Assembly: GCF_009914755.1 (NCBI RefSeq) | Contig: NC_060946.1 | From: the human T2T-CHM13v2.0 reference genome, Homo sapiens | Length of the DNA: 64,000 nucleotides | Reading direction: 5' to 3' (one strand) | In this document: positions 18,429 through 37,788 of the stretch, piece by piece | Layout of the letters: every line of letters starts with the position of its first letter | Position numbering within the stretch: position 1 is the stretch's first letter | Translations under genes and position numbers: made by a program | Notes under the pieces: generated by a model | What the model saw: the letters and a program-made list of their open reading frames with translations, nothing else | What the model was told of the DNA's origin: nothing | Databases searched by the model: none

Positions 18429-19988
18429 TTATATATGGTATATACTATATGTTATGGAATATGCTTTATATGTAATATATAACCTCATATATATTATATG
18501 TCATAATACATAATATTTATCCTATGTCATCTTATATATATTATGTATATTACGTAACGTATATAATATATAATACATATTATGCATCTTAAATATGAAA
18601 ATATATAATTATTGATAACATAACATATAGTTATATATAATATGATATATAACGTATATACTATATCATATGTGATATATAATATATATATTTTTATTAC
18701 ATATTATAATTTATATATATTATAATTTATATAAAGATATAATTATTTATGTAATATAAATATATATAATTATATAATGAGGTATAATATAAATAATAAT
18801 ACATACGATTACATATTTATGTAGTTATCTGTATAAAAATATAATTATATATATAATTATATATATCATATAATAGACAACATACATATTATATAATGTA
18901 TAATATATATTATACAATATATGACACATATATGATATTTAATATATCATAATAGAATATATATTTTAATATTATGTATGTAACATATATTATGTGATAT
19001 ATAATATATATTATGTAATATAAAATAATATAATATAATATATATTATATTATGGTATATTATGTAAAGTAAGTAATAAAATTACATATAACATAATATA
19101 TAGTTATGTATAATATAACGTATAATTATATACGTTATATTTTATATGTACATATAATATTATACAGTTATATATAATTTTGAATAGTTACATATAATGT
19201 AATATAAAACATATATAATATATATCATAAAATATATATTTTATACCATATATAATATGTATCATATATTGTGTGTTATATGTCATATATTGTATATCAT
19301 ATATCGTATGTTATATGTTATATATATCACATTCCACATATTGTGTATTATAAATTATATATAATATATGACATACATTACATTATATTTGATAAATTAT
19401 ACATTATATGTAACATAGTATATATTATATGTAACATGTATATTCTATGGAAAATATATAATATATAACATATATTACATATAATTAATGACATAGACAT
19501 ATAATATATATTTAATATATGTATTATACATACAACATATTGTATATAATATATAACATATATTACATAAAAGTCATAAAATATAATATATATTGTATGT
19601 CATATTTTACATTTACATTTATATATTATTATATGTTATTTTATCTCATATATAACATAGAAAGAATATATATTATATATAATGTATATTATATATAACA
19701 TAGATATAATAGATATAATATATGTAATGTATATTATATATTTAATACGTATATTAACCATATAATATATTCTATATATGAAATATAATATATCTTATAT
19801 GTGTCATAAAATATAACTTATATTATGTGTCATATTGTATAAATATAATGCTTATCTATTATCAATTATTATATGACATATAATATATATAATATAAGAC
19901 GCAGGATGTAAAACAATATTATATATATGTTATATGTATTATATATACGATACTATATATTATTATATACATAATGTATATTTATATT

Positions 19989-20554
19989 TGTGGGTGCCCT
20001 ATTCCCCATCTGATAACTTGTTGTAAGAAGCGCAGCGTAATAATGTGTGGGCTTGGGATTCTGTTTTTGAAACAAAACACTGAGCCTTCAATGACCTTTC
20101 GGTCTCTGTAAAAGCACTCCTGTCTTCCTGGCAGCTGTTGGACCTCACAATGTGGATTGTGCCCTCACCCTGCAATGTTGATGCCCTATCGCCATGGTGA
20201 CGGGATTAGGGATCTCCTGCTCTTGGTCCTAAGGGCCACTGTCTGTGCTGTGTTTTCCAAAGGTCAGAACAGATTGAACCTTTGTGGTTTTATTTTCCCT
20301 GAGTTTGATTTTTCTCATGGGGAACCTGTGTTGCTGCTTTGAACGTATATTCATACTGGCCTTTCAAATGCCAACTCTTCATATTACTAGTTAATGCTTT
20401 CAAAATATGTTATTTAAAAAATGATCCTCAGTATTGTCCATATGCAGTTATGAATACGTTTCATGGTTATGTTTTATTCCTCAGTTTACATATTTGATTA
20501 TTGTACCAAGCAGAGTACCTTTGAAATGTTTTTCCATTTAAAAAATATGAATCT
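19989..20554. repeat. HSATI segment
   Basis: Copy of 1519-2084. Confidence 0.85.
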
Positions 20555-20846
<292 letters not shown>

Positions 20847-22406
20847 TTATATATGGTATATACTATATGTTATGGAATATGCTTTATATGTAATATATAA
20901 CCTCATATATATTATATGTCATAATACATAATATTTATCCTATGTCATCTTATATATATTATGTATATTACGTAACGTATATAATATATAATACATATTA
21001 TGCATCTTAAATATGAAAATATATAATTATTGATAACATAACATATAGTTATATATAATATGATATATAACGTATATACTATATCATATGTGATATATAA
21101 TATATATATTTTTATTACATATTATAATTTATATATATTATAATTTATATAAAGATATAATTATTTATGTAATATAAATATATATAATTATATAATGAGG
21201 TATAATATAAATAATAATACATACGATTACATATTTATGTAGTTATCTGTATAAAAATATAATTATATATATAATTATATATATCATATAATAGACAACA
21301 TATATATTATATAATGTATAATATATATTATACAATATATGATACATATATGATATTTAATATATCATAATAGAATATATATTTTAATATTATGTATGTA
21401 ACATATATTATGTGATATATAATATATATTATGTAATATAAAATAATATAATATAATATATATTATATTATGATATATTATGTAAAGTAAGTAATAAAAT
21501 TACATATAACATAATATATAGTTATGTATAATATAACGTATAATTATATACGTTATATTTTATATGTACATATAATATTATACAGTTATATATAATTTTG
21601 AATAGTTACCTATAATGTAATATAAAACATATATAATATATATCATAAAATATATATTTTATACCATATATAATATGTATCATATATTGTGTGTTATATG
21701 TCATGTATTGTATATCATATATCGTATGTTATATGTTATATATATCACATTCCACATATTGTGTATTATAAATTATATATAATATATGACATACATTACA
21801 TTATATTTGATAAATTATACATTATATGTAACATAGTATATATTATATGTAACATGTATATTCTATGGAAAATATATAATATATAACATATATTACATAT
21901 AATTAATGACATAGACATATAATATATATTTAATATATGTATTATACATACAACATATTGTATATAATATATAACATATATTACATAAATGTCATAAAAT
22001 ATAATATATATTGTATGTCATATTTTACATTTACAGTTATATATTATTATATGTTATTTTATCTCATATATAACATAGAAACATTATATATTATATATAA
22101 TGTATATTATATATAACATAGATATAATAGATATAATATATGTAATGTATATTATATATTTAATACGTATATTAACCATATAATATATTCTATATATGAA
22201 ATATAATATATCTTATATGTGTCATAAAATATAACTTATATTATGTGTCATATTGTATAAATATAATGCTTATCTATTATCAATTATTATATGACATATA
22301 ATATATATAATATAAGACGCAGGATGTAAAACAATATTATATATATGTTATATGTATTATATATACGATACTATCTATTATTATATACATAATGTATATT
22401 TATATT

Positions 22407-22972
22407 TGTGGGTGCCCTATTCCCCATCTGATAACTTGTTGTAAGAAGCGCAGCGTAATCATGTGTGGGCTTGGGATTCTGTTTTTGAAACAAAACACTG
22501 AGCCTTCAATGACCTTTCGGTCTCTGTAAAAGCACTCCTGTCTTCCTGGCAGCTGTTGGACCTCACAATGTGGATTGTGCCCTCACCCTGCAATGTTGAT
22601 GCCCTATCGCCATGGTGACGGGATTAGGGATCTCCTGCTCTTGGTCCTAAGGGCCACTGTCTGTGCTGTGTTTTCCAAAGGTCAGAACAGATTGAACCTT
22701 TGTGGTTTTATTTTCCCTGAGTTTGATTTTTCTCATGGGGAACCTGTGTTGCTGCTTTGAACGTATATTCATACTGGCCTTTCAAATGCCAACTCTTCAT
22801 ATTACTAGTTAATGCTTTCAAAATATGTTATTTAAAAAATGATCCTCAGTATTGTCCATATGCAGTTATGAATACGTTTCATGGTTATGTTTTATTCCTC
22901 AGTTTACATATTTGATTATTGTACCAAGCAGAGTACCTTTGAAATGTTTTTCCATTTAAAAAATATGAATCT
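22407..22972. repeat. HSATI segment
   Basis: Copy of 1519-2084. Confidence 0.85.
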
Positions 22973-23264
<292 letters not shown>

Positions 23265-24823
23265 TTATATATGGTATATACTATATGTTATGGAATATGC
23301 TTTATATGTAATATATAACCTCATATATATTATATGTCATAATACATAATATTTATCCTATGTCATCTTATATATATTATGTATATTACGTAACGTATAT
23401 AATATATAATACATATTATGCATCTTAAATATGAAAATATATAATTATTGATAACATAACATATAGTTATATATAATATGATATATAACGTATATACTAT
23501 ATCATATGTGATATATAATATATATATTTTTATTACATATTATAATTTATATATATTATAATTTATATAAAGATATAATTATTTATGTAATATAAATATA
23601 TATAATTATATAATGAGGTATAATATAAATAATAATACATACGATTACATATTTATGTAGTTATCTGTATAAAAATATAATTATATATATAATTATATAT
23701 ATCATATAATAGACAACATATATATTATATAATGTATAATATATATTATACAATATATGATACATATATGATATTTAATATATCATAATAGAATATATAT
23801 TTTAATATTATGTATGTAACATATATTATGTGATATATAATATATATTATGTAATATAAAATAATATAATATAATATATATTATATTATGATATATTATG
23901 TAAAGTAAGTAATAAAATTACATATAACATAATATATAGTTATGTATAATATAACGTATAATTATATACGTTATATTTTATATGTACATATAATATTATA
24001 CAGTTATATATAATTTTGAATAGTTACCTATAATGTAATATAAAACATATATAATATATATCATAAAATATATATTTTATACCATATATAATATGTATCA
24101 TATATTGTGTGTTATATGTCATGTATTGTATATCATATATCGTATGTTATATGTTATATATATCACATTCCACATATTGTGTATTATAAATTATATATAA
24201 TATATGACATACATTACATTATATTTGATAAATTATACATTATATGTAACATAGTATATATTATATGTAACATGTATATTCTATGGAAAATATATAATAT
24301 ATAACATATATTACATATAATTAATGACATAGACATATAATATATATTTAATATATGTATTATACATACAACATATTGTATATAATATATAACATATATT
24401 ACATAAATGTCATAAAATATAATATATATTGTATGTCATATTTTACATTTACAGTTATATATTATTATATGTTATTTTATCTCATATATAACATAGAAAC
24501 ATTATATATTATATATAATGTATATTATATATAACATAGATATAATAGATTAATATATGTAAGGTTTATTATATATTTAATACGTATATTAAACATATAA
24601 TATATTCTATATATGAAATATAATATATCTTATATGTGTCATAAAATATAACGTATAATATGTGTCATATTGTATAAATATAATGCTTATCTATTATCAA
24701 TTATTATATGACATATAATATATATAATATAAGACGCAGGATGTAAAACAATATTATATATATGTTATATGTATTATATATACGATACTATCTATTATTA
24801 TATACATAATGTATATTTATATT

Positions 24824-25389
24824 TGTGGGTGCCCTATTCCCCATCTGATAACTTGTTGTAAGAAGCGCAGCGTAATCATGTGTGGGCTTGGGATTCTGTT
24901 TTTGAAACAAAACACTGAGCCTTCAATGACCTTTCGGTCTCTGTAAAAGCACTCCTGTCTTCCTGGCAGCTGTTGGACCTCACAATGTGGATTGTGCCCT
25001 CACCCTGCAATGTTGATGCCCTATCGCCATGGTGACGGGATTAGGGATCTCCTGCTCTTGGTCCTAAGGGCCACTGTCTGTGCTGTGTTTTCCAAAGGTC
25101 AGAACAGATTGAACCTTTGTGGTTTTATTTTCCCTGAGTTTGATTTTTCTCATGGGGAACCTGTGTTGCTGCTTTGAACGTATATTCATACTGGCCTTTC
25201 AAATGCCAACTCTTCATATTACTAGTTAATGCTTTCAAAATATGTTATTTAAAAAATGATCCTCAGTATTGTCCATATGCAGTTATGAATACGTTTCATG
25301 GTTATGTTTTATTCCTCAGTTTACATATTTGATTATTGTACCAAGCAGAGTACCTTTGAAATGTTTTTCCATTTAAAAAATATGAATCT
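24824..25389. repeat. HSATI segment
   Basis: Copy of 1519-2084. Confidence 0.85.
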
Positions 25390-25705
<316 letters not shown>

Positions 25706-27241
25706 TTATGGAATATGCTTTATATGTAATATATAACCTCATATATATTATATGTCATAATACATAATATTTATCCTATGTCATCTTATATATATTATGT
25801 ATATTACGTAACGTATATAATATATAATACATATTATGCATCTTAAATATGAAAATATATAATTATTGATAACATAACATATAGTTATATATAATATGAT
25901 ATATAACGTATATACTATATCATATGTGATATATAATATATATATTTTTATTACATATTATAATTTATATATATTATAATTTATATAAAGATATAATTAT
26001 TTATGTAATATAAATATATATAATTATATAATGAGGTATAATATAAATAATAATACATACGATTACATATTTATGTAGTTATCTGTATAAAAATATAATT
26101 ATATATATAATTATATATATCATATAATAGACAACATATATATTATATAATGTATAATATATATTATACAATATATGATACATATATGATATTTAATATA
26201 TCATAATAGAATATATATTTTAATATTATGTATGTAACATATATTATGTGATATATAATATATATTATGTAATATAAAATAATATAATATAATATATATT
26301 ATATTATGATATATTATGTAAAGTAAGTAATAAAATTACATATAACATAATATATAGTTATGTATAATATAACGTATAATTATATACGTTATATTTTATA
26401 TGTACATATAATATTATACAGTTATATATAATTTTGAATAGTTACCTATAATGTAATATAAAACATATATAATATATATCATAAAATATATATTTTATAC
26501 CATATATAATATGTATCATATATTGTGTGTTATATGTCATGTATTGTATATCATATATCGTATGTTATATGTTATATATATCACATTCCACATATTGTGT
26601 ATTATAAATTATATATAATATATGACATACATTACATTATATTTGATAAATTATACATTATATGTAACATAGTATATATTATATGTAACATGTATATTCT
26701 ATGGAAAATATATAATATATAACATATATTACATATAATTAATGACATAGACATATAATATATATTTAATATATGTATTATACATACAACATATTGTATA
26801 TAATATATAACATATATTACATAAATGTCATAAAATATAATATATATTGTATGTCATATTTTACATTTACAGTTATATATTATTATATGTTATTTTATCT
26901 CATATATAACATAGAAACATTATATATTATATATAATGTATATTATATATAACATAGATATAATAGATTAATATATGTAAGGTTTATTATATATTTAATA
27001 CGTATATTAAACATATAATATATTCTATATATGAAATATAATATATCTTATATGTGTCATAAAATATAACGTATAATATGTGTCATATTGTATAAATATA
27101 ATGCTTATCTATTATCAATTATTATATGACATATAATATATATAATATAAGACGCAGGATGTAAAACAATATTATATATATGTTATATGTATTATATATA
27201 CGATACTATCTATTATTATATACATAATGTATATTTATATT

Positions 27242-27807
27242 TGTGGGTGCCCTATTCCCCATCTGATAACTTGTTGTAAGAAGCGCAGCGTAATCATGTG
27301 TGGGCTTGGGATTCTGTTTTTGAAACAAAACACTGAGCCTTCAATGACCTTTCGGTCTCTGTAAAAGCACTCCTGTCTTCCTGGCAGCTGTTGGACCTCA
27401 CAATGTGGATTGTGCCCTCACCCTGCAATGTTGATGCCCTATCGCCATGGTGACGGGATTAGGGATCTCCTGCTCTTGGTCCTAAGGGCCACTGTCTGTG
27501 CTGTGTTTTCCAAAGGTCAGAACAGATTGAACCTTTGTGGTTTTATTTTCCCTGAGTTTGATTTTTCTCATGGGGAACCTGTGTTGCTGCTTTGAACGTA
27601 TATTCATACTGGCCTTTCAAATGCCAACTCTTCATATTACTAGTTAATGCTTTCAAAATATGTTATTTAAAAAATGATCCTCAGTATTGTCCATATGCAG
27701 TTATGAATACGTTTCATGGTTATGTTTTATTCCTCAGTTTACATATTTGATTATTGTACCAAGCAGAGTACCTTTGAAATGTTTTTCCATTTAAAAAATA
27801 TGAATCT
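27242..27807. repeat. HSATI segment
   Basis: Copy of 1519-2084. Confidence 0.85.
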
Positions 27808-28099
<292 letters not shown>

Positions 28100-29660
28100 T
28101 TATATATGGTATATACTATATGTTATGGAATATGCTTTATATGTAATATATAACCTCATATATATTATATGTCATAATACATAATATTTATCCTATGTCA
28201 TCTTATATATATTATGTATATTACATAACGTATATAATATATAATACATATTATGCATCTTAAATATGAAAATATATAATTATTGATAACATAACATATA
28301 ATTATATATAATATGATATATAACGTATATACTATATCATATGTGATATATAATATATATATTTTTATTACATATTATAATTTATATATATTATAATTTA
28401 TATAAAGATATAATTATTTATGTAATATAAATATATATAATTATATAATGAGGTATAATATAAATAATAATATATACGATTACATAATTATGTAGTTATC
28501 TGTATAAAAATATAATTATATATATAATTATATATATCATATCATAGACAACATACATATTATATAATGTATAATATATAATATACAATATATGATACAT
28601 ATATGATATTTAATATATCATAATAGAATATATATTTTAATATTATGTATATAACATATATTATGTGATATATAATATATATTATGTAATATAAAATAAT
28701 ATAATATAATATAGATTATATTATGATATATTATGTAAAGTAAGTAATAAAATTACATATAACATAATATATAGTTATGTATAATATAACGTATAATTAT
28801 ATACGTTATATTTTATATGTACATATAATATTATACAGTTATATATAATTTTGAATAGTTACATATAATGTAATATAAAACATATATAATATATATCATA
28901 AAATATATATTTTATACCATATATAATATGTATCATATATTGTGTGTTATATGTCATATATTGTATATCATATATCGTATGTTATATGTTATATATATCA
29001 CATTCCACATATTGTGTATTATAAATTATATATAATATATGACATACATTACATTATATTTGATAAATTATACATTATATGTAACATAGTATATATTATA
29101 TGTAACATGTATATTCTATGGAAAATATATAATATATAACATATATTACATATAATTAATGACATAGACATATAATATATATTTAATATATGTATTATAC
29201 ATACAACATATTGTATATAATATATAACATATATTACATAAAAGTCGTAAAATATAATATATATTGTATGTCATATTTTAGATTTACAGTTATATATTAT
29301 TATATGTTATTTTATCTCATATATAACATAGAAACAATATATATTATATATAATGTATATTATATATAACATAGATATAATAGATATAATATATGTAATG
29401 TATATTATATATTTAATACGTATATTAACCATATAATATATTCTATATATGAAATATAATATACCTTTATATATGTCATAAAATATAACGTATATTATGT
29501 GTCATATTGAATAAATATAATGCCTATCTATTATCAATTATTATATGACATAAAATATATATAATATAAGACGCAGGTTGTAAAACAATATTATATATAT
29601 GTTATATGTATTATATATACGATACTATATATTATTATATACATAATGTATATTTATATT

Positions 29661-30226
29661 TGTGGGTGCCCTATTCCCCATCTGATAACTTGTTGTAAGA
29701 AGCGCAGCGTAATAATGTGTGGGCTTGGGATTCTGTTTTTGAAACAAAACACTGAGCCTTCAATGACTTTTCGGTCTCTGTAAAAGCACTCCTGTCTTCC
29801 TGGCAGCTGTTGGACCTCACAATGTGGATTGTGCCCTCACCCTGCAATATTGATGCCCTATCGCCATGGTGACGGGATTAGGGATCTCCTGCTCTTGGTC
29901 CTAAGGGCCACTGTCTGTGCTGTGTTTTCCAAAGGTCAGAACAGATTGAACCTTTGTGGTTTTATTTTCCCTGAGTTTGATTTTTCTCATGGGGAACCTG
30001 TGTTGCTGCTTTGAACGTATATTCATACTGGCCTTTCAAATGCCAACTCTTCATATTACTAGTTAATGCTTTCAAAATATGTTATTTAAAAAATTATCCT
30101 CAGTATTGTCCATATGCAGTTATAAATACGTTTCATGGTTATGTTTTATTCCTCAGTTTACATATTTGATTATTGTACCAAGCAGAGTACCTTTGAAATG
30201 TTTTTCCATTTAAAAAATATGAATCT
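29661..30226. repeat. HSATI segment
   Basis: Copy of 1519-2084. Confidence 0.85.
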
Positions 30227-30518
<292 letters not shown>

Positions 30519-32084
30519 TTATATATGGTATATACTATATGTTATGGAATATGCTTTATATGTAATATATAACCTCATATATATTATATGTCATAATACA
30601 TAATATTTATCCTATGTCATCTTATATATATTATGTATATTACGTAACGTATATAATATATAATACATATTATGCATCTTAAATATGAAAATATATAATT
30701 ATTGATAACATAACATATAGTTATATATAATATGATATATAACGTATATACTATATCATATGTGATATATAATGTATATATTTTTATTACATATTATAAT
30801 TTATATATATTATAATTTATATAAAGATATAATTATTTATGTAATATAAATAATTATATACAATTATATAATGAGGTATATTATAAATAATAATATATAC
30901 GATTACATATTTATGTAGTTATCTGTATAAAAATATAATTATATATATAATTATATATATCATATAATAGACAACATACATATTATATAATGTATAATAT
31001 ATATTATACAATATATGATACATATATGATATTTAATATATCATAATAGAATATATATTTTAATATTATGTATGTAACATATATTATGTGATATATAATA
31101 TATATTATGTAATATAAAATAATATAATATAATATATATTATATTATGATATATTACGTAAAGTATGTAATAAAATTATATATAACATAATATATGGTTA
31201 TGTATAATATAACATATAATTATATACATTATATTATATATGTACATATAATATTATACAGTTATATAAAACTTTAAATAGTTACATATAATGTAGTATA
31301 AAACATATATAATATATATCATAAAATATATGTTGTATACCATATATAATATGTATCATATATTGTGTGTTATATGTCATATATTGCATATCATATATCA
31401 TATGTTATATGTTATATATATCACATTCCACATATTGTGTATTATGAATTATATATAATATATGACATACATTACATTATATTTGATAAATTATACATTA
31501 TATGTAACATAGTATATATTATATGTAACATGTATATTCTATGGAAAATATATGATATATAACATATATTGCATATAATTAATAACATAGACATATAATA
31601 TATATTTAATGTATGTATTATACATACAACATATTATATATATAATATTTAATATGTATTACATAAAAGTCATAAAATATAATATATATTATATGTCATA
31701 TTTTACATATACAGTTATATATTATTATATGTTATTTTATCTTATATATAACATAGAATCATTATATATTATATATAATGTATATTATATATAACATAGA
31801 TATAATAGATGTAATATATGTAATGTATATTATATATTTAATACGTATATTAACCATATAATATATTCTATATATGAAATATACTACATCTTATATATGT
31901 CATAAAATATAACGCATATTATGTGTCATATTGTATAAATATAATGCTTATCTATTATCAATTATTGTATGACATATAATATATATAATATGAGACGCAG
32001 GATGTAAAACAATATTATATATATGTTATATGTATTATATATACGATACTATATATTATTATATACATAATGTATATTTATATT

Positions 32085-32649
32085 TGTGGGTGCCCTATTC
32101 CCCATCTGGTAACTTGTTGTAAGAAGCGCAGCGTAAAAATGTGTGGGCTTGGGATTCTGTTTTTGAAACAAAACACTGAGCCTTCAATGACCTTTCGGTC
32201 TCTGTAAAAGCACTCCTGTCTTCCTGGCAGCTGTTGGACCTCACAATGTGGATTGTGCCCTCACCCTGCAATGCTGATGCCCTATCGCCATGGTGACGGG
32301 ATTAGGGATCTCCTGGTCTTGGTCCTAAGGGCCACTGTCTGTGCCGTGTTTTCCAAAGGTCAGAACAGATTGAACCTTTGTGGTTTTATTTTCCCTGAGT
32401 TTGATTTTTCTTATGGGGAACCTGTGTTGCTGCTTTGAACGTATATTCATACTGGCCTTTCAAATGCCAACTCTTCATATTACTAGTTAAGGCTTTCAAA
32501 ATATGTTATTTAAAAATTATCCTCTGTATTGTCCATATGCAGTTATAAATACGTTTCATGGTTATGTTTTATTCCTCAGTTTACATATTTGATTATTGTA
32601 CCAAGCAGAGTACCTTTGAAATGTTTTTCCATTTAAAAAATATGAATCT
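32085..32649. repeat. HSATI segment (type B variants)
   Basis: Copy with ctggtaac / aatgctga / tcctctgt variants. Confidence 0.85.
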
Positions 32650-32941
<292 letters not shown>

Positions 32942-34507
32942 TTATATATGGTATATAATATATGTTATGGAATATGCTTTATATGTAATATATAACCTCA
33001 TATATATTATATGTCATAATACATAATATTCATCCTATGTCATCTTATATATATTATGTATATTACATAACGTATATAATATATAATACATATTATGCAT
33101 CTTAAATATGAAAATATATAATTATTGATAACATAACATACAGTTATATATAATATGATATATAACGTATATACTATATCAGATGTGATATATAATATAT
33201 ATATTTTTATGACATATTCTAATTTATATATATCATAATTTATATAAAGATATAATTATTTATGTAATATAAATAATTACATATAATTATATAATGAGGT
33301 ATAATATAAATAATAATATATATGATTACACATTTATAGAGTTATATGTATAAAAATATAATTATATATATAATTATATATATCATACAATAGACAACAT
33401 ACATATTATATAATGCATAAAATATATTAGACAATATATGATACATATATGATATTTAATATATCATAATAGAATATATATTTTAATATTATGTATGTAA
33501 CATATATTATGTGATATATAGTATGTATTATGTAATATAAAATAATATAATATAATATATATTATATTATGATATATTATGAAAACTATGTAATAAAATT
33601 ATATATAACAAAATATATAGTTATGTATAATATAACATATAATTATATACATTATATTATATATGTACCTATAATATTATACAGTTATATAAAACTTTAA
33701 ATAGTTACATATAATGTAGTATAAAACATATATAATATATATCATAAAATATATGTTGTATACCATATATAATATGTATCATATATTGTGTGTTATATGT
33801 CATATATTGCATATCATATATCATATGTTATATGTTATATATATCACATTCCACATATTGTGTATTATGAATTATATATAATATATGACATATATTACAT
33901 TATATTTGATAAATTATACATTATATGTAACATAGTATATATTATATGTAACATGTATATTCTATGGAAAATATATGATATATAACATATATTGCATATA
34001 ATTAATAACATAGACATATAATATATATTTAATGTATGTATTATACATACAACATATTATATATATAATATATAATATGTATTACATAAAAGTCATAAAA
34101 TATAATATATATTATATGTCATATTTTACATATACAGTTATATATTATTATATGTTATTTTATCTTATATATAACATAGAAACATTATATATTATATATA
34201 ATGCATATTATATATAACATAGATATAATAGATGTAATATATGTAATGTATATTATATATTTAATACGTATATTAACCATATAATATATTCTATATATGA
34301 AATATACTACATCTTATATATGTCATAAAATATAACGTATATTATGTGTCATATTGTATAAATATAATGCTTATCTATTATCAATTATTGTATGACATAT
34401 AATATATATAATATAAGACGCAGGATGTAAAACAATATTATATATATGTTATATGTATTATATATACGATACTATATATTATTATATACATAATGTATAT
34501 TTATATT

Positions 34508-35072
34508 TGTGGGTGCCCTATTCCCCATCTGGTAACTTGTTGTAAGAAGCTCAGCGTAAAAATGTGTGGGCTTGGGATTCTGTTTTTGAAACAAAACACT
34601 GAGCCTTCAATGACCTTTCGGTCTCTGTAAAAGCACTCCTGTCTTCCTGGCAGCTGTTGGACCTCACAATGTGGATTGTGCCCTCACCCTGCAATGCTGA
34701 TGCCCTATCGCCATGGTGACGGGATTAGGGATCTCCTGCTCTTGGTCCTAAGGGCCACTGTCTGTGCCGTGTTTTCCAAAGGTCAGAACAGATTGAACCT
34801 TTGTGGTTTTATTTTCCCTGAGTTTGATTTTTCTCATGGGGAACCTGTGTTGCTGCTTTGAACGTATATTCATACTGGCCTTTCAAATGCCAACTCTTCA
34901 TATTACTAGTTAAGGCTTTCAAAATATGTTATTTAAAAATTATCCTCTGTATTGTCCATATGCAGTTATAAATACGTTTCATGGTTATGTTTTATTCCTC
35001 AGTTTACATATTTGATTATTGTACCAAGCAGAGTACCTTTGAAATGTTTTTCCATTTAAGAAATATGAATCT
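34508..35072. repeat. HSATI segment (type B)
   Basis: Repeat copy. Confidence 0.85.
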
Positions 35073-35364
<292 letters not shown>

Positions 35365-36930
35365 TTATATATGGTATATACTATATGTTATGGAATATGC
35401 TTTATATGTAATATATAACCTCATATATATTATATGTCATAATACATAATATTCATCCTATGTCATCTTATATATATTATGTATATTACATAACGTATAT
35501 AATATATAATACATATTATGCATCTTAAATATGAAAATATATAATTATTGATAACATAACATATAGTTATATATAGTATGATATATAACGTATACACTAT
35601 ATCATATGTGATACATAATATATATATTTTTATGACATATTCTAATTTATATATATCATAATTCATATAAAGATATAATTATTTATGTAATATAAATAAT
35701 TACATATAATTATATAATGAGGTATAATATAAATAATAATATATATGATTACATATTTATAGAGTTATATGTATAAAAATATAATTGTATATATAATTAT
35801 ATATATCATACAATAGACAACATACATATTATATAATGCATAATATATATCATACAATATATGATACATATATGATATTTAATATATCATAAGAGAATGT
35901 ATATTTTAATATTATGTATGTAACATATATTATGTGATATATAGTATATATTATGTAATATAAAATAATATAATATAATATATATTATATTATGATATAT
36001 TATGAAAAGTATGTAAAAAATTTCTATATAACAAAATATATAGTTATGTATAATATAACATATAATTATATACATTATATTATATATGTACCTATAATAT
36101 TATACAGTTATATAAAACTTTAAATAGTTACATATAATGTAGTATAAAACATATATAATATATATCATAAAATATATGTTGTATACCATATATAATATGT
36201 ATCATATATTGTGTGTTATATGTCATATATTGCATATCATATATCATATGTTATATGTTATATATATCACATTCCACATATTGTGTATTATGAATTATAT
36301 ATAATATATGACATATATTACATTATATTTGATAAAATATACATTATATGTAACATAGTATATATTATATGTAACATGTATATTCTATGGAAATTATATG
36401 ATATATAACATATATTGCATATAATTAATAACATAGACATATAATATATATTTAATGTATGTATTATACATACAATATATTATATATATAATATATAATA
36501 TGTATTACATAAAAGTCATAAAACATAATATATATTATATGTCATATTTTACATATACAGTTATATATTATTATATGTTATTTTATCTTATATATAACAT
36601 AGAATCATTATATATTATATATAATGTATATTATATATAACATAGATATAATAGATGTAATATATGTAATGTATATTATATATTTAATACGTATATTAAC
36701 CATATAATATATTCTATATATGAAATATACTACATCTTATATGTGTCATAAAATATAACGCATAATATGTGTCATATTGTATAAATATAATGCTTATCTA
36801 TTATCAATTATTGTATGACATATAATATATATAATATAAGACGCAGGATGTAAAACAATATTATATATATGTTATATGTATTATATATACGATACTATAT
36901 ATAATTATATACATAATGTATATTTATATT

Positions 36931-37496
36931 TGTGGGTGCCCTATTCCCCATCTGGTAACTTGTTGTAAGAAGCGCAGCGTAATAATGTGTGGGCTTGGGA
37001 TTCTGTTTTTGAAACAAAACACTGAGCCTTCAATGACCTTTCGGTCTCTGTAAAAGCACTCCTGTCTTCCTGGCAGCTGTTGGACCTCACAATGTGGATT
37101 GTGCCCTCACCCTGCAATGCTGATGCCCTATCGCCATGGTGACGGGATTAGGGATCTCCTGCTCTTGGTCCTAAGGGTCACTGTCTGTGCCGTGTTTTCC
37201 AAAGGTCAGAACAGATTGAACCTTTGTGGTTTTATTTTCCCTGAGTTTGATTTTTCTCATGGGGAACCTGTGTTGCTGCTTTGAACGTATATTCATACTG
37301 GCCTTTCAAATGCCAACCTTTCATATTACTAGTTAAGGCTTTCAAAATATGTTATTTAAAAAATTATCCTCTGTATTGTCCATATGCAGTTATAAATACG
37401 TTTCATGGTTATGTTTTATTCCTCAGTTTACATATTTGATTATTGTACCAAGCAGAGTACCTTTGAAATGTTTTTCCATTTAAAAAATATGAATCT
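36931..37496. repeat. HSATI segment (type B)
   Basis: Repeat copy. Confidence 0.85.
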
Positions 37497-37788
<292 letters not shown>

